Shown here: one piece after another, positions 35,244 to 43,271 of the stretch
Layout of the letters: each line of letters begins with the position of its first letter
How positions within the stretch are numbered: the stretch's first letter is position 1
Assembly (NCBI GenBank): GCA_041685755.1
Contig: JAWLFC010000003.1
Location: 26 to 64,025, forward strand
Source: Ilumatobacteraceae bacterium
Lineage (GTDB): Bacteria; Actinomycetota; Acidimicrobiia; Acidimicrobiales; Ilumatobacteraceae
Direction of reading: 5' to 3'
Length of the DNA stretch: 64,000 nucleotides
Made by a program: the position numbers and the translations under genes
Notes under the pieces: generated by a model
Told to the model about the DNA's origin: nothing
The model's database searches: none
The model's input: only the letters and a program-made list of their open reading frames with translations

Positions 35244-36727
35244 GGCGTCACCCCGACGACGGCCCGAGCCACCGCGTTCGTGAGCTGACCGATCGCGACG
35301 ACGTCGCCGAGGCCGAGCACCACGCCGAGTACCGCAGTCGTCACGATCGGCACGAGCATCGCGGGGACGGCGTCGGTGCGCACGGTGGTGGGGCCGGCGA
35401 AGGCGTCCGAGCTCCGGAAGAACGCCCGGTGCACGATCGGCAACAGGTATCCGGCGGTGAGCAGACCGCTGCCGATCACGATCACGGCGAGCACCGGCTG
35501 GTCGGCCTCGATCGTTCCCGAACCGAGGAACCACTTGCTGACGAACCCCCCGACCGGCGGCAGCCCGGCCAGGCCCAGCGCCGCGACCCCGAACGCTGCC
35601 ATCGTGACGGGCATCCTCCGGCCGATGCCGTCCAACTGCGACACCCGGTCGACGCCGGTGGTGACGTAGATCGCCCCGGCGGCGAAGAACAGGGTGATCT
35701 TCAGTACGGCATGGTTCGCGAGGTGCAGCAGCGCCCCGTTCCACGCCGAGGCCGACAGCAGTGAGACACCGAGCACGATGTAGGAGAGATGGGCGATGGT
35801 GGAGTAGGCCAGCCGACGCTTCAGCTGGTCCTGCCGGAACGCCATGACCGACGCGGTCACGATGGTGGCCCCCGCCAGCACGGCCACCACGAGACCGATG
35901 CCGATGTCGGCCATTCGCTCGGGACCGATCACGTAGCCGAACATCCGGACGAAGCCGAACACCCCGGCCTTGACGACCGCGACCGCGTGCAGCAGCGCGC
36001 TGACCGGCGTCGGGGCGACCATGGCGGTGGGAAGCCATCCGTGCAGTGGCATGACGGCCGCCTTCGTCCCGAAGCCGAAGAACGCCAGCACGACCAGGGC
36101 GATCACCATCGTGTCGCTCACCGCCCCCGTGGCGGCGTCGCCGAGCACGCCACCGGCGGTGAAGGTCGCCGTCGGCACGGTGTACTGCACGATCGCGACC
36201 GCCAGCAGCAACGCCGTCCCGCCACCGAGCAGCGTCAGCAGGTATCGCTTGCCGGCGGCGAACGCGGCGGGCGTCTGCTTGTGCACCACGAGCGGGTAGG
36301 TGGCGAGCGTCAGCAACTCGTAGAACACGAAGAACGTGAACAGGTTCCCGGCGAACGCCAGACCCATCGTGGTCGACACGCACAGGGCGAAGGTCGCGAA
36401 GAAGCGGGTGAGGTGTTGCTCACCGGCTCCGGCCACGTACCCGAACGAGTACGAGGAAGCCAGGATCCAGAGGGCGGCCGCCGAGAGGGCGAAGACCATG
36501 CCGGCGGCATCCACCCGCAACAGGAGTTCGACGCCCGGCGCCAACTCGCCGAGTCGACGGGTGGGCTCGTGCCCGTCGAGCACCTGCGGCAGCATCGCGA
36601 CCACCAGCGCGAACGTCGTGAGCGCCGCCACCGCCGTCCACAGCACGCGCAGGCGGTGCCGATCGCCCGAGAGGGCGATGGCGACAGCGCCGACGAGCGG
36701 CGTGAGGACGGCAAGGACAGCAAGCAT
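35240..36727 (-). CDS. MrpD/NuoM-like antiporter subunit (first gene of non-canonical cluster)
   Basis: 495-aa polytopic ORF. Motifs NLFTFFVFYELLTLATYPLV, HGWLPTAMVAPTP and ANHAVLKITLFF. Confidence 0.85.
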   Translation of the reverse strand: MLAVLAVLTPLVGAVAIALSGDRHRLRVLWTAVAALTTFALVVAMLPQVLDGHEPTRRLGELAPGVELLLRVDAAGMVFALSAAALWILASSYSFGYVAGAGEQHLTRFFATFALCVSTTMGLAFAGNLFTFFVFYELLTLATYPLVVHKQTPAAFAAGKRYLLTLLGGGTALLLAVAIVQYTVPTATFTAGGVLGDAATGAVSDTMVIALVVLAFFGFGTKAAVMPLHGWLPTAMVAPTPVSALLHAVAVVKAGVFGFVRMFGYVIGPERMADIGIGLVVAVLAGATIVTASVMAFRQDQLKRRLAYSTIAHLSYIVLGVSLLSASAWNGALLHLANHAVLKITLFFAAGAIYVTTGVDRVSQLDGIGRRMPVTMAAFGVAALGLAGLPPVGGFVSKWFLGSGTIEADQPVLAVIVIGSGLLTAGYLLPIVHRAFFRSSDAFAGPTTVRTDAVPAMLVPIVTTAVLGVVLGLGDVVAIGQLTNAVARAVVGVTP

Positions 36728-37118
36728 GGACGATCAGGGCTTCGGGTGGATCACGGCAACGGCAGGTCCGACCATCGGGGCAGACGAGCAGGAATCCCAC
36801 GGAATCGCATCGCGGCGACCGGACGGGTCGCGCCGGCGATGTCGAAATCAGCGCAGCAGCAGGCGGGCGAGCGGCGGCCCGGCGTTGCACACCGGACCGC
36901 GCGTCCCGGGGTGAAGGCACCCGAGCAGCAGCGACCGACGCAACATGCAGTGCACCTTACGGATACTTCCGGTCGGACCAAACCCGAATCGGATCAGGGT
37001 TCACACCCCGTTCATGCAGGAGCTTCGCCGCCACCGTCGACGAGAGGGCCACCGCGCTCACGATCGGTCCGTCACCCGATCGACACACAACCGTCATGTT
37101 GCGATAGCTTGAGCGGCC

Positions 37119-38396
37119 ATGCCTGCGACCGAGCGAGAACCCCACCGACAGCGCCGCGTCGCCGCCGTTCTCGCTGTCATCGTTCTGGGCCTCCTCGGGC
37201 CGGTCGTGGTTCCCGCTGGAGTCGGCGCCCAGGATCCTGCAGCCGAGCAGGCCGCACGCGAAATCCAGGAGGCGCGCGACCGCGCCAACGCCGCCGCGCA
37301 GGCGATGTTCGACGCCGAGTCGCAGCTCGACACGCTCGACCTGGAGATCGTCGAGGCCGAGCGACAGCTGGCTGCGGTCGAGGCCGAGGCGGCCGCGATG
37401 CAGACGAGCCTGCAGGCCGACGCCCAGCGCAGCTTCGTCAACTCGGGCACCAACATCCCGCTCCTGATCGACCTCGACGACGCCAACGCCGACATCACGG
37501 CGAGCCGACTGGCCTCGGTCGCTCGCGGCGCCGCAGCGGTCGAACTCGACGACTACGACGCGGTGATGAAGGAGGTCCGCTCCCAGCGCGCCGACCTCGA
37601 ACGCCGCAAGGAGGCCACGGCCGAGGCCCGCGAGCAGTACGAGCAGCTCAAGGCGGCCGCCGAGGCCGAGGTCGTGAAGCTGACCGAGATCGAGGAGCAG
37701 CGCCTGCGCGACGTCGCCGTGCAGCGCGAACTCGAACGCCAACGCAAGCTCCGTGCCGAGCAGGAGGCCGCCGAGGCGGCAGCCGCCGCCGCGGCCGCAC
37801 AGCAGACGCAATCACGAGCGCAGTCGAGCCGCGTGGCCGCACCCGCACCGAGCGGCGCGGCCAGTGCCGGATCGAGCGGCGGGTCGAATGACAGCTCGAA
37901 CGGCGGGTCGAACGGCGGCTCGAACGGCAGCTCGAACACTCGCCCGCAGGCCGCAGCACCGCCACCGGCGCCCACGCCGGCTCCCCCACCGCCACCGCCG
38001 GCGAACGCCGGGAGCGGAATCGTGTGCCCCGTCGCCGGTCCCCATGCCTTCGCCGACACGTGGGGCGCACCCCGCTCGGGCGGCCGCCGCCACGAGGGCG
38101 TCGACATGATGGCCGCTCGCGGCGTTCCGCTCGTCGCCGTCGAGTCCGGCTACGCCCAGTTCAAGACCACCCGCCTCGGCGGCAACTCGGTCTGGGTCAA
38201 CGGCAACAGTGGCACCCGCTACTTCTACGCCCACCTCAGCGCCTGGGAGGGCTCGAGCCGCAACGTGTCACGCGGTGAGGTGATCGGCTACGTCGGCGCC
38301 ACCGGCAACACGAGCGCCAACCACCTCCACTTCGAAGTGCACCCCGGCGGCGGTCGCGCCGTCAATCCCTACCCCTACGTCCGCGCCGTCTGCTGA
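37119..38396 (+). CDS. secreted M23 (LytM-type) metallopeptidase with N-terminal coiled-coil region
   Basis: Signal/TM VAAVLAVIVLGLLGPVVV. Ala/Glu/Gln-rich heptad-like region. Motifs HEGVDMMA and GATGNTSANHLHFEVH (HxxxD and HxH). Confidence 0.85.
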   Translation: MPATEREPHRQRRVAAVLAVIVLGLLGPVVVPAGVGAQDPAAEQAAREIQEARDRANAAAQAMFDAESQLDTLDLEIVEAERQLAAVEAEAAAMQTSLQADAQRSFVNSGTNIPLLIDLDDANADITASRLASVARGAAAVELDDYDAVMKEVRSQRADLERRKEATAEAREQYEQLKAAAEAEVVKLTEIEEQRLRDVAVQRELERQRKLRAEQEAAEAAAAAAAAQQTQSRAQSSRVAAPAPSGAASAGSSGGSNDSSNGGSNGGSNGSSNTRPQAAAPPPAPTPAPPPPPPANAGSGIVCPVAGPHAFADTWGAPRSGGRRHEGVDMMAARGVPLVAVESGYAQFKTTRLGGNSVWVNGNSGTRYFYAHLSAWEGSSRNVSRGEVIGYVGATGNTSANHLHFEVHPGGGRAVNPYPYVRAVC

Positions 38397-38400
38397 CCCC

Positions 38401-38463
38401 GGCGCGTCGGGGTCGGGTCCGGACGGGCAGGGTGCGCGTCGGGGTCGGGTCCGGACGGGCAGG
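38401..38463. repeat. second locus of the 31-bp G-rich unit, two tandem copies
   Basis: GGCGCGTCGGGGTCGGGTCCGGACGGGCAGG (38401-38431, 1 mismatch), a single G, then TGCGCGTCGGGGTCGGGTCCGGACGGGCAGG (38433-38463). Lies 8 nt from the stop of the minus-strand gene at 38472. Confidence 0.9.
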
Positions 38464-38471
38464 AGATGGGG

Positions 38472-39512
38472 TCAGCGGGTGCGGGTCCGCGAGAGCGGGA
38501 CGGTGCCGCGCATGACACGACTGGTGTAGGTCGCGATGTTGCCGATGTAGTTGGCCCGCTCGTAGGCCGCCGGGTCAGCGGCGCCGCGGCTCGAGACCGC
38601 TCCACGCATCTGCTCCACCGAGTCGTACTCGTGCTCGGTCATCCAGTCGACGAGTTGCGCCTCGATCGTCGCGACGTGGCTCGCGCCCTCACGGAGCAGC
38701 GACGAGGTCGCCATCGCCACATCGGCGCCGGCCAGGATCACCTTCGCAGCATCGAAGCCCGAGTGGACGCCGCTCGACGCGGCGATCGACATCGACAGGT
38801 GCTCGCGCAGGATGCCGATCCAACGCAGCGGAAGGCGGACCTCCTCGGGCGTGCTCAGCGCGATGCGCGGCTCCACGTCGAGCGTCTCGAGGTCGAGATC
38901 GGGCGAGTAGAACCGGTTGAACATCACCACGCCGTCGGCACCGGCACGTTGGACGGCGACCACGAAGTTGGCCAGCGAGGAGTAGTACGGCGAGATCTTG
39001 ACCGCGACCGGCACGTCGACCTCCTCGGCGACGAGCGCCACGAGCTCGAGGTGCTCACCCTCGAGCGATGCGCCGTCGACGGCGGGATCGGCGGCGACGG
39101 TGTAGAGGTTCAACTCGAGTGCGTCGGCGCCGGCGCCTTCGAGCAGCCGGGCGTACTTGACCCAGCCGCCGATGTTGGCCCCGTTGAGACTGGCGATCAC
39201 CGGCACGTCGATCGCCACCTTGGCGTTCTCGATCAGCTCGAGATACGAGTCGATGGCCGAGCCGTAGTCGTCGATCTCGGGGAAGAACGACGTCGCCTCG
39301 TTGAAGCTGTCGTCGTGCACGGTGAACAGCCGGTCGATCTCGGCGGTCTCGTGCTCGATCTGCTCTTCGAAGATCGACGGCAACACGACCGCTCCGACGC
39401 CGGCGAGGTCGAGCTCGGTGAGCCGGTCGAGATCACCCGTGAACGGCCCTGCCGACGCCACGATCGGCGACCGCAGCGACAGTCCGAGATAGGTGGTGTG
39501 CAGGTCAGGCAT
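38472..39512 (-). CDS. dihydroorotate dehydrogenase-like (PyrD-fold) protein, PFOR-associated
   Basis: 346-aa TIM-barrel flavoprotein-like ORF (LGLSLRSPIVASAGPFTG, GAGADALELNLY). 8-nt overlap with the nifJ 3' end. Confidence 0.8.
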   Translation of the reverse strand: MPDLHTTYLGLSLRSPIVASAGPFTGDLDRLTELDLAGVGAVVLPSIFEEQIEHETAEIDRLFTVHDDSFNEATSFFPEIDDYGSAIDSYLELIENAKVAIDVPVIASLNGANIGGWVKYARLLEGAGADALELNLYTVAADPAVDGASLEGEHLELVALVAEEVDVPVAVKISPYYSSLANFVVAVQRAGADGVVMFNRFYSPDLDLETLDVEPRIALSTPEEVRLPLRWIGILREHLSMSIAASSGVHSGFDAAKVILAGADVAMATSSLLREGASHVATIEAQLVDWMTEHEYDSVEQMRGAVSSRGAADPAAYERANYIGNIATYTSRVMRGTVPLSRTRTR

Positions 39513-42500
39513 CGTCGTCCTCCGACTCGGGCTCGCCGTCGATCATGTCCAGGTCGACGGCGTGGGGCTCGCGGAGCGTGCGCTCCACACCGGCGAGTTG
39601 TTCGTAGTAGCGCCAGCGCTCGTCGATCTCCTCCTGGGCGAGATCGAGCAGCATCGCCGAGCGCTCGGGGTCCGACCGCGCCAACATCGAGTAGCGGGCC
39701 TCCTTCAGCGCGAACTCGCGCAACGGGATGCTCGGTGCCGCCGAGTCGAGGTGGAACGGCTGCTCGTGCTCCTCGACGGTCGGCTGATAGCGGTACAGCG
39801 GCCAGTAGCCGGACTTCACCGCCTCCTTCATGTGCGACATCGAGGTCTCCATGTCGATGCCGTGGGCGATGCACGTCGAGTAGGCGATGACGAGCGACGG
39901 TCCGTCCCAGGCGTCGGCCTCGGCGAGCGCCTTGACGGTCTGGATGTCGCTGCCGCCGATGGCGACCTGAGCGACGTAGACGTTGCCGTAGCGTCGGGCG
40001 ATCGCCCCGAGGTCCTTCTTCCCGGTCGGTTTGCCGGCCATCGCGAACTTGGCGACAGCTCCGAGCGGCGTCGCCTTCGACGCCTGGCCACCGGTGTTGG
40101 AGTACACCTCGGTGTCGAGCACCAGCAGGTTGACGTTGCGGCCGCTGCCGAGCACGTGATCGACGCCACCGAAGCCGATGTCGTACGCCCAGCCGTCGCC
40201 GCCGACGATCCAGGTACTCGTACGCACCAGCTCGTCGGCGATCGACGCGAGCCGTCGAGCCGACTCGGCCACGACGGGATCGGCGTCCTCGACCAGGTCG
40301 GCGAGACGTTCGCGCAGCACGCCGACGCGGGCACGCTGCTCGATGACAGCCGCCTCGGTCGGCGCCGGGTCGGCGAGCAGGGCGTCGGTGAGTTCGGCGC
40401 CGACACCGTCGCGCAGGTCGGCGAGCAGACGGCGCGCTTCGCGCTGGTGGTGCTCGATACCGAGGCGCATGCCGAAGCCGAACTCGGCGTTGTCCTCGAA
40501 CAACGAGTTCGACCACGCCGGGCCGAGACCGTTGGTGTCGGTCGCCCACGGCGTGGTGGGCAGATTGCCGCCGTAGATGGACGAACAGCCCGTGGCGTTG
40601 GCGACCACGAGGCGGTCGCCGAACAGCTGGGTGAGGAGCTTGAGGTACGGCGTCTCACCGCAGCCCGAACAGGCACCGGAGAACTCGAACAGCGGTTGCA
40701 GCAGCTGGGAGTTCTTGACCGAGCCGTGGGTGATCGACGCCCGATCGATCTCGGGGATCTCGGTGAAGAAGTCCCAGCGTTCGCGCTCGACCTCGCGGTG
40801 CTCGTCGGCGGGCGCCATGTTGATCGCCTTACGACTCACCTGGGTCTTGTCCTTGGCCGGACACACGTCGACGCAGATGCCGCAGCCGGTGCAGTCGTCG
40901 GGGGCGACCTGGATCGTCAGCTGGTGGCCGTCGAGTTCCCGTGAGCGGAAGTTCTTCGTGAGGAAGCCGTCCGGGGCGCCGTCGAGAGCGGCGGGTTCGT
41001 AGGCCTTCATGCGGATCGTGGCGTGCGGGCACACGACGGCGCACTTGCCGCAGTCGATGCACAGGTCGGGCTCCCACACCGGGATCGAAAGCGCCAGCTT
41101 GCGCTTCTCGAACCGGGTGGTGCCGGTCGGAAAGCTGCCGTCGATCGGCATCGCCGACACCGGCAGCAGGTCGCCCTCACCGGCGATCATCCGCATCGTC
41201 ACCTTCTCGACGAAGTCGTCGGTGGCGGCCTCGCGCACCGAGTCGAGCACGTCGAGCGTCTCGTCGATCGGGGTCTCGTCGCCCACCGTCGCCGGCACCG
41301 TCACCTCGGCCAGTTCGGTCAGCGCACGATCGACCGCGGCCTCGTTGCGTTCGACGACGAGGCGACCGCGGCGGCCGTAGGCCTTCTCGATCGACTCCTT
41401 GATCGCGCCGACCGCCCGGTCGAGCTCCATCACCTCGGACAGCGCGAAGAAGCACGGCTGCATGATCGTGTTGATGCGCCCCGGCATCTTCAGCTCGCGG
41501 GCGATGCGGGTCGCGTCGATCGTGACGACGCGCAACTCGCGCTCGACGATGCGACGCTGGATCTTGCGTGGCAGGTGTTCCCACAACTCGTCGGCGGTGT
41601 AGGGGGCGTTGAGCAGGAACGTGCCACCGTGGCGGATGTCGGCGAGCACGTCGAAGCGGTCGAGCAGGCCGAACTGGTGGCAGGCGACGAGGTCGGCCTC
41701 CTGGACCAGATAGGTCGAGCGGATGGGTTCGGGCCCGAAGCGCAGGTGCGAGACGGTCATCGAGCCGGACTTCTTGGAGTCGTACACGAAGTAGCCCTGG
41801 GCGAAGAGGTCGGGTTCGTCGCCGATGATCTTCACCGACGCCTTGTTGGCACCGACGGTGCCGTCGGACCCGAGGGCGTAGAACACCGCCGAGCGTCCCG
41901 ACCGCTCGACGTGGAAGCCGTCGTCGACGTCGAGGCTGAGGCCGCCGACGTCGTCGACGATGCCGACGGTGAAGCGCCGCTTCGGGTCGTCACGGCCGGC
42001 TTCGTCGAACACCGCCTTGGCCATCGCCGGGGTGAACTCCTTCGAGCCGAGGCCGTAGCGGCCACCGATCACCCTCACCTTCGGCCGGTCCGATTCGGCG
42101 AGGGCGGTGACGACGTCCTGGAACAGCGGCTCGCCGGCGGCGCCGGGCTCCTTCGTCCGATCGAGAACGGCGATGTGGCGGACGGTGTCGGGCAGGGCAG
42201 CGAGCAGCGCGTCGGTCGGGAACGGCCGGAACAGCCGGATCGTCGCGAGGCCGACCTTCTCGCCGTCGGCGACGAGTTTCGCCACGGTCTCGCCGACAGC
42301 ACCGGCGCCCGAGCCCATCATGACGATGACCCGTTCGGCGTCCGGCGCCCCCTCGTAGTCGACGAGACCGTAGCGACGGCCGGTCAGCTCGGCGAGCTCG
42401 GCGAAGACCTGCTCGACGGCGGCCGGCACGGCGGCGTGGAAGGGGTTGGCGGCTTCGCGCGCCTGGAAGAACACGTCGGGGTTCTGGGCTGTTCCCCGCA

Positions 42501-43143
42501 CGACCGGCGCCGTCGGCCGCAACCGGCGGGCCTTGTGGGCCTCGATGTCGCCCTCGTCGACCAATCGGCGCAGGTCGTCGTCGCCGAGCAGGTCGATGCG
42601 GTTGATCTCGTGCGAGGTGCGGAACCCGTCGAAGAAGTGCAGGAACGGCACCCTCGTGCGCAGCGAGACAGCGTGCGACACGGCGGCGAAGTCGTGGGCC
42701 TCCTGCACCGAACTGGCACAGAGCATGGAGAATCCGGTGGTGCGCGCCGCCATCACGTCGGAGTGGTCACCGAAGATCGACAGGGCGTGGGTCGCCAGGG
42801 CACGGGCAGCGACGTGGATCACCGTCGGGGTGAGTTCGCCGGCGATCTTGAACATGTTGGGCAGCATCAGCAGCAGGCCCTGCGACGCCGTGAACGTCGT
42901 CGCCAGCGCACCGGTCTGCAGCGCGCCGTGCAGCGTGCCGGCGGCCCCGGCCTCCGACTGCAGCTCGACGACCTCGGGCACCGAGCCCCACAGGTTCGCC
43001 ACCCCGGCCGCCGACCAAGCATCGGACAGCTCGCCCATCGGTGACGCCGGTGTGATCGGGTAGATCGCCACCACCTCCGACAGTGCATAGGCGACCTTGG
43101 CGGCTGCCTCGTTGCCGTCGATACACGCAGTGGTTGAACTCAT
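39505..43143 (-). CDS. nifJ: pyruvate:ferredoxin (flavodoxin) oxidoreductase
   Basis: ~1212 aa. Motif DGNEAAAKVAYALSEVVAIYPITPASPMGE, two 4Fe-4S motifs (CIDCGKCAVVCP, CTGCGICVDVCP) and a TPP region (GGDGWAYDIG). ATG 43143 has an AAGGA SD 8 nt upstream; ATG 43152 is the alternative. Confidence 0.95.
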   Translation of the reverse strand: MSSTTACIDGNEAAAKVAYALSEVVAIYPITPASPMGELSDAWSAAGVANLWGSVPEVVELQSEAGAAGTLHGALQTGALATTFTASQGLLLMLPNMFKIAGELTPTVIHVAARALATHALSIFGDHSDVMAARTTGFSMLCASSVQEAHDFAAVSHAVSLRTRVPFLHFFDGFRTSHEINRIDLLGDDDLRRLVDEGDIEAHKARRLRPTAPVVRGTAQNPDVFFQAREAANPFHAAVPAAVEQVFAELAELTGRRYGLVDYEGAPDAERVIVMMGSGAGAVGETVAKLVADGEKVGLATIRLFRPFPTDALLAALPDTVRHIAVLDRTKEPGAAGEPLFQDVVTALAESDRPKVRVIGGRYGLGSKEFTPAMAKAVFDEAGRDDPKRRFTVGIVDDVGGLSLDVDDGFHVERSGRSAVFYALGSDGTVGANKASVKIIGDEPDLFAQGYFVYDSKKSGSMTVSHLRFGPEPIRSTYLVQEADLVACHQFGLLDRFDVLADIRHGGTFLLNAPYTADELWEHLPRKIQRRIVERELRVVTIDATRIARELKMPGRINTIMQPCFFALSEVMELDRAVGAIKESIEKAYGRRGRLVVERNEAAVDRALTELAEVTVPATVGDETPIDETLDVLDSVREAATDDFVEKVTMRMIAGEGDLLPVSAMPIDGSFPTGTTRFEKRKLALSIPVWEPDLCIDCGKCAVVCPHATIRMKAYEPAALDGAPDGFLTKNFRSRELDGHQLTIQVAPDDCTGCGICVDVCPAKDKTQVSRKAINMAPADEHREVERERWDFFTEIPEIDRASITHGSVKNSQLLQPLFEFSGACSGCGETPYLKLLTQLFGDRLVVANATGCSSIYGGNLPTTPWATDTNGLGPAWSNSLFEDNAEFGFGMRLGIEHHQREARRLLADLRDGVGAELTDALLADPAPTEAAVIEQRARVGVLRERLADLVEDADPVVAESARRLASIADELVRTSTWIVGGDGWAYDIGFGGVDHVLGSGRNVNLLVLDTEVYSNTGGQASKATPLGAVAKFAMAGKPTGKKDLGAIARRYGNVYVAQVAIGGSDIQTVKALAEADAWDGPSLVIAYSTCIAHGIDMETSMSHMKEAVKSGYWPLYRYQPTVEEHEQPFHLDSAAPSIPLREFALKEARYSMLARSDPERSAMLLDLAQEEIDERWRYYEQLAGVERTLREPHAVDLDMIDGEPESEDDDA

Positions 43144-43271
43144 GTGATCCATCCTTGCGCTCGCAATCCCCGCTGACGACCGCCCAAAGTCCCCAATCGC
43201 AGCGTCGACCGGCAGGATGGGGCGGTGACGTCGCGTTCCGCAGCTCTCGGCCTCGTCGCGGGAGCCCGACG

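Noticed and set aside
36751-36981. 76-aa Cys-rich ORF (9 Cys, including CC, CC and CCC runs) just upstream of the Mrp-like module, a possible metallothionein or RiPP precursor
   Set aside because: The Cys codons arise from CAGCAGCAG-type simple repeats read on the opposite strand. Third-position GC is clearly lower than in genuine genes here. There is no SD and no adjacent modification or transport genes.
36950-37060. Possible c-di-AMP (ydaO-type) riboswitch on the minus strand (ACGGGGTGTGAACCC ... CCGTAAGG), near a cell-wall hydrolase gene and ion transporters
   Set aside because: Only a GGGGUG-A-like fragment resembles the consensus. I could not find the conserved CCCG-ACAGCUAACC segment or the pseudo-symmetric second half. 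This needs an Infernal scan and I am not calling it.
35789-37891. 700-aa plus-strand ORF spanning the first Mrp-like gene, the spacer and part of the M23 gene
   Set aside because: Arg/Gly/His-rich with no motifs. It is antisense to a well-supported antiporter-like gene and out of frame with the M23 peptidase ORF.
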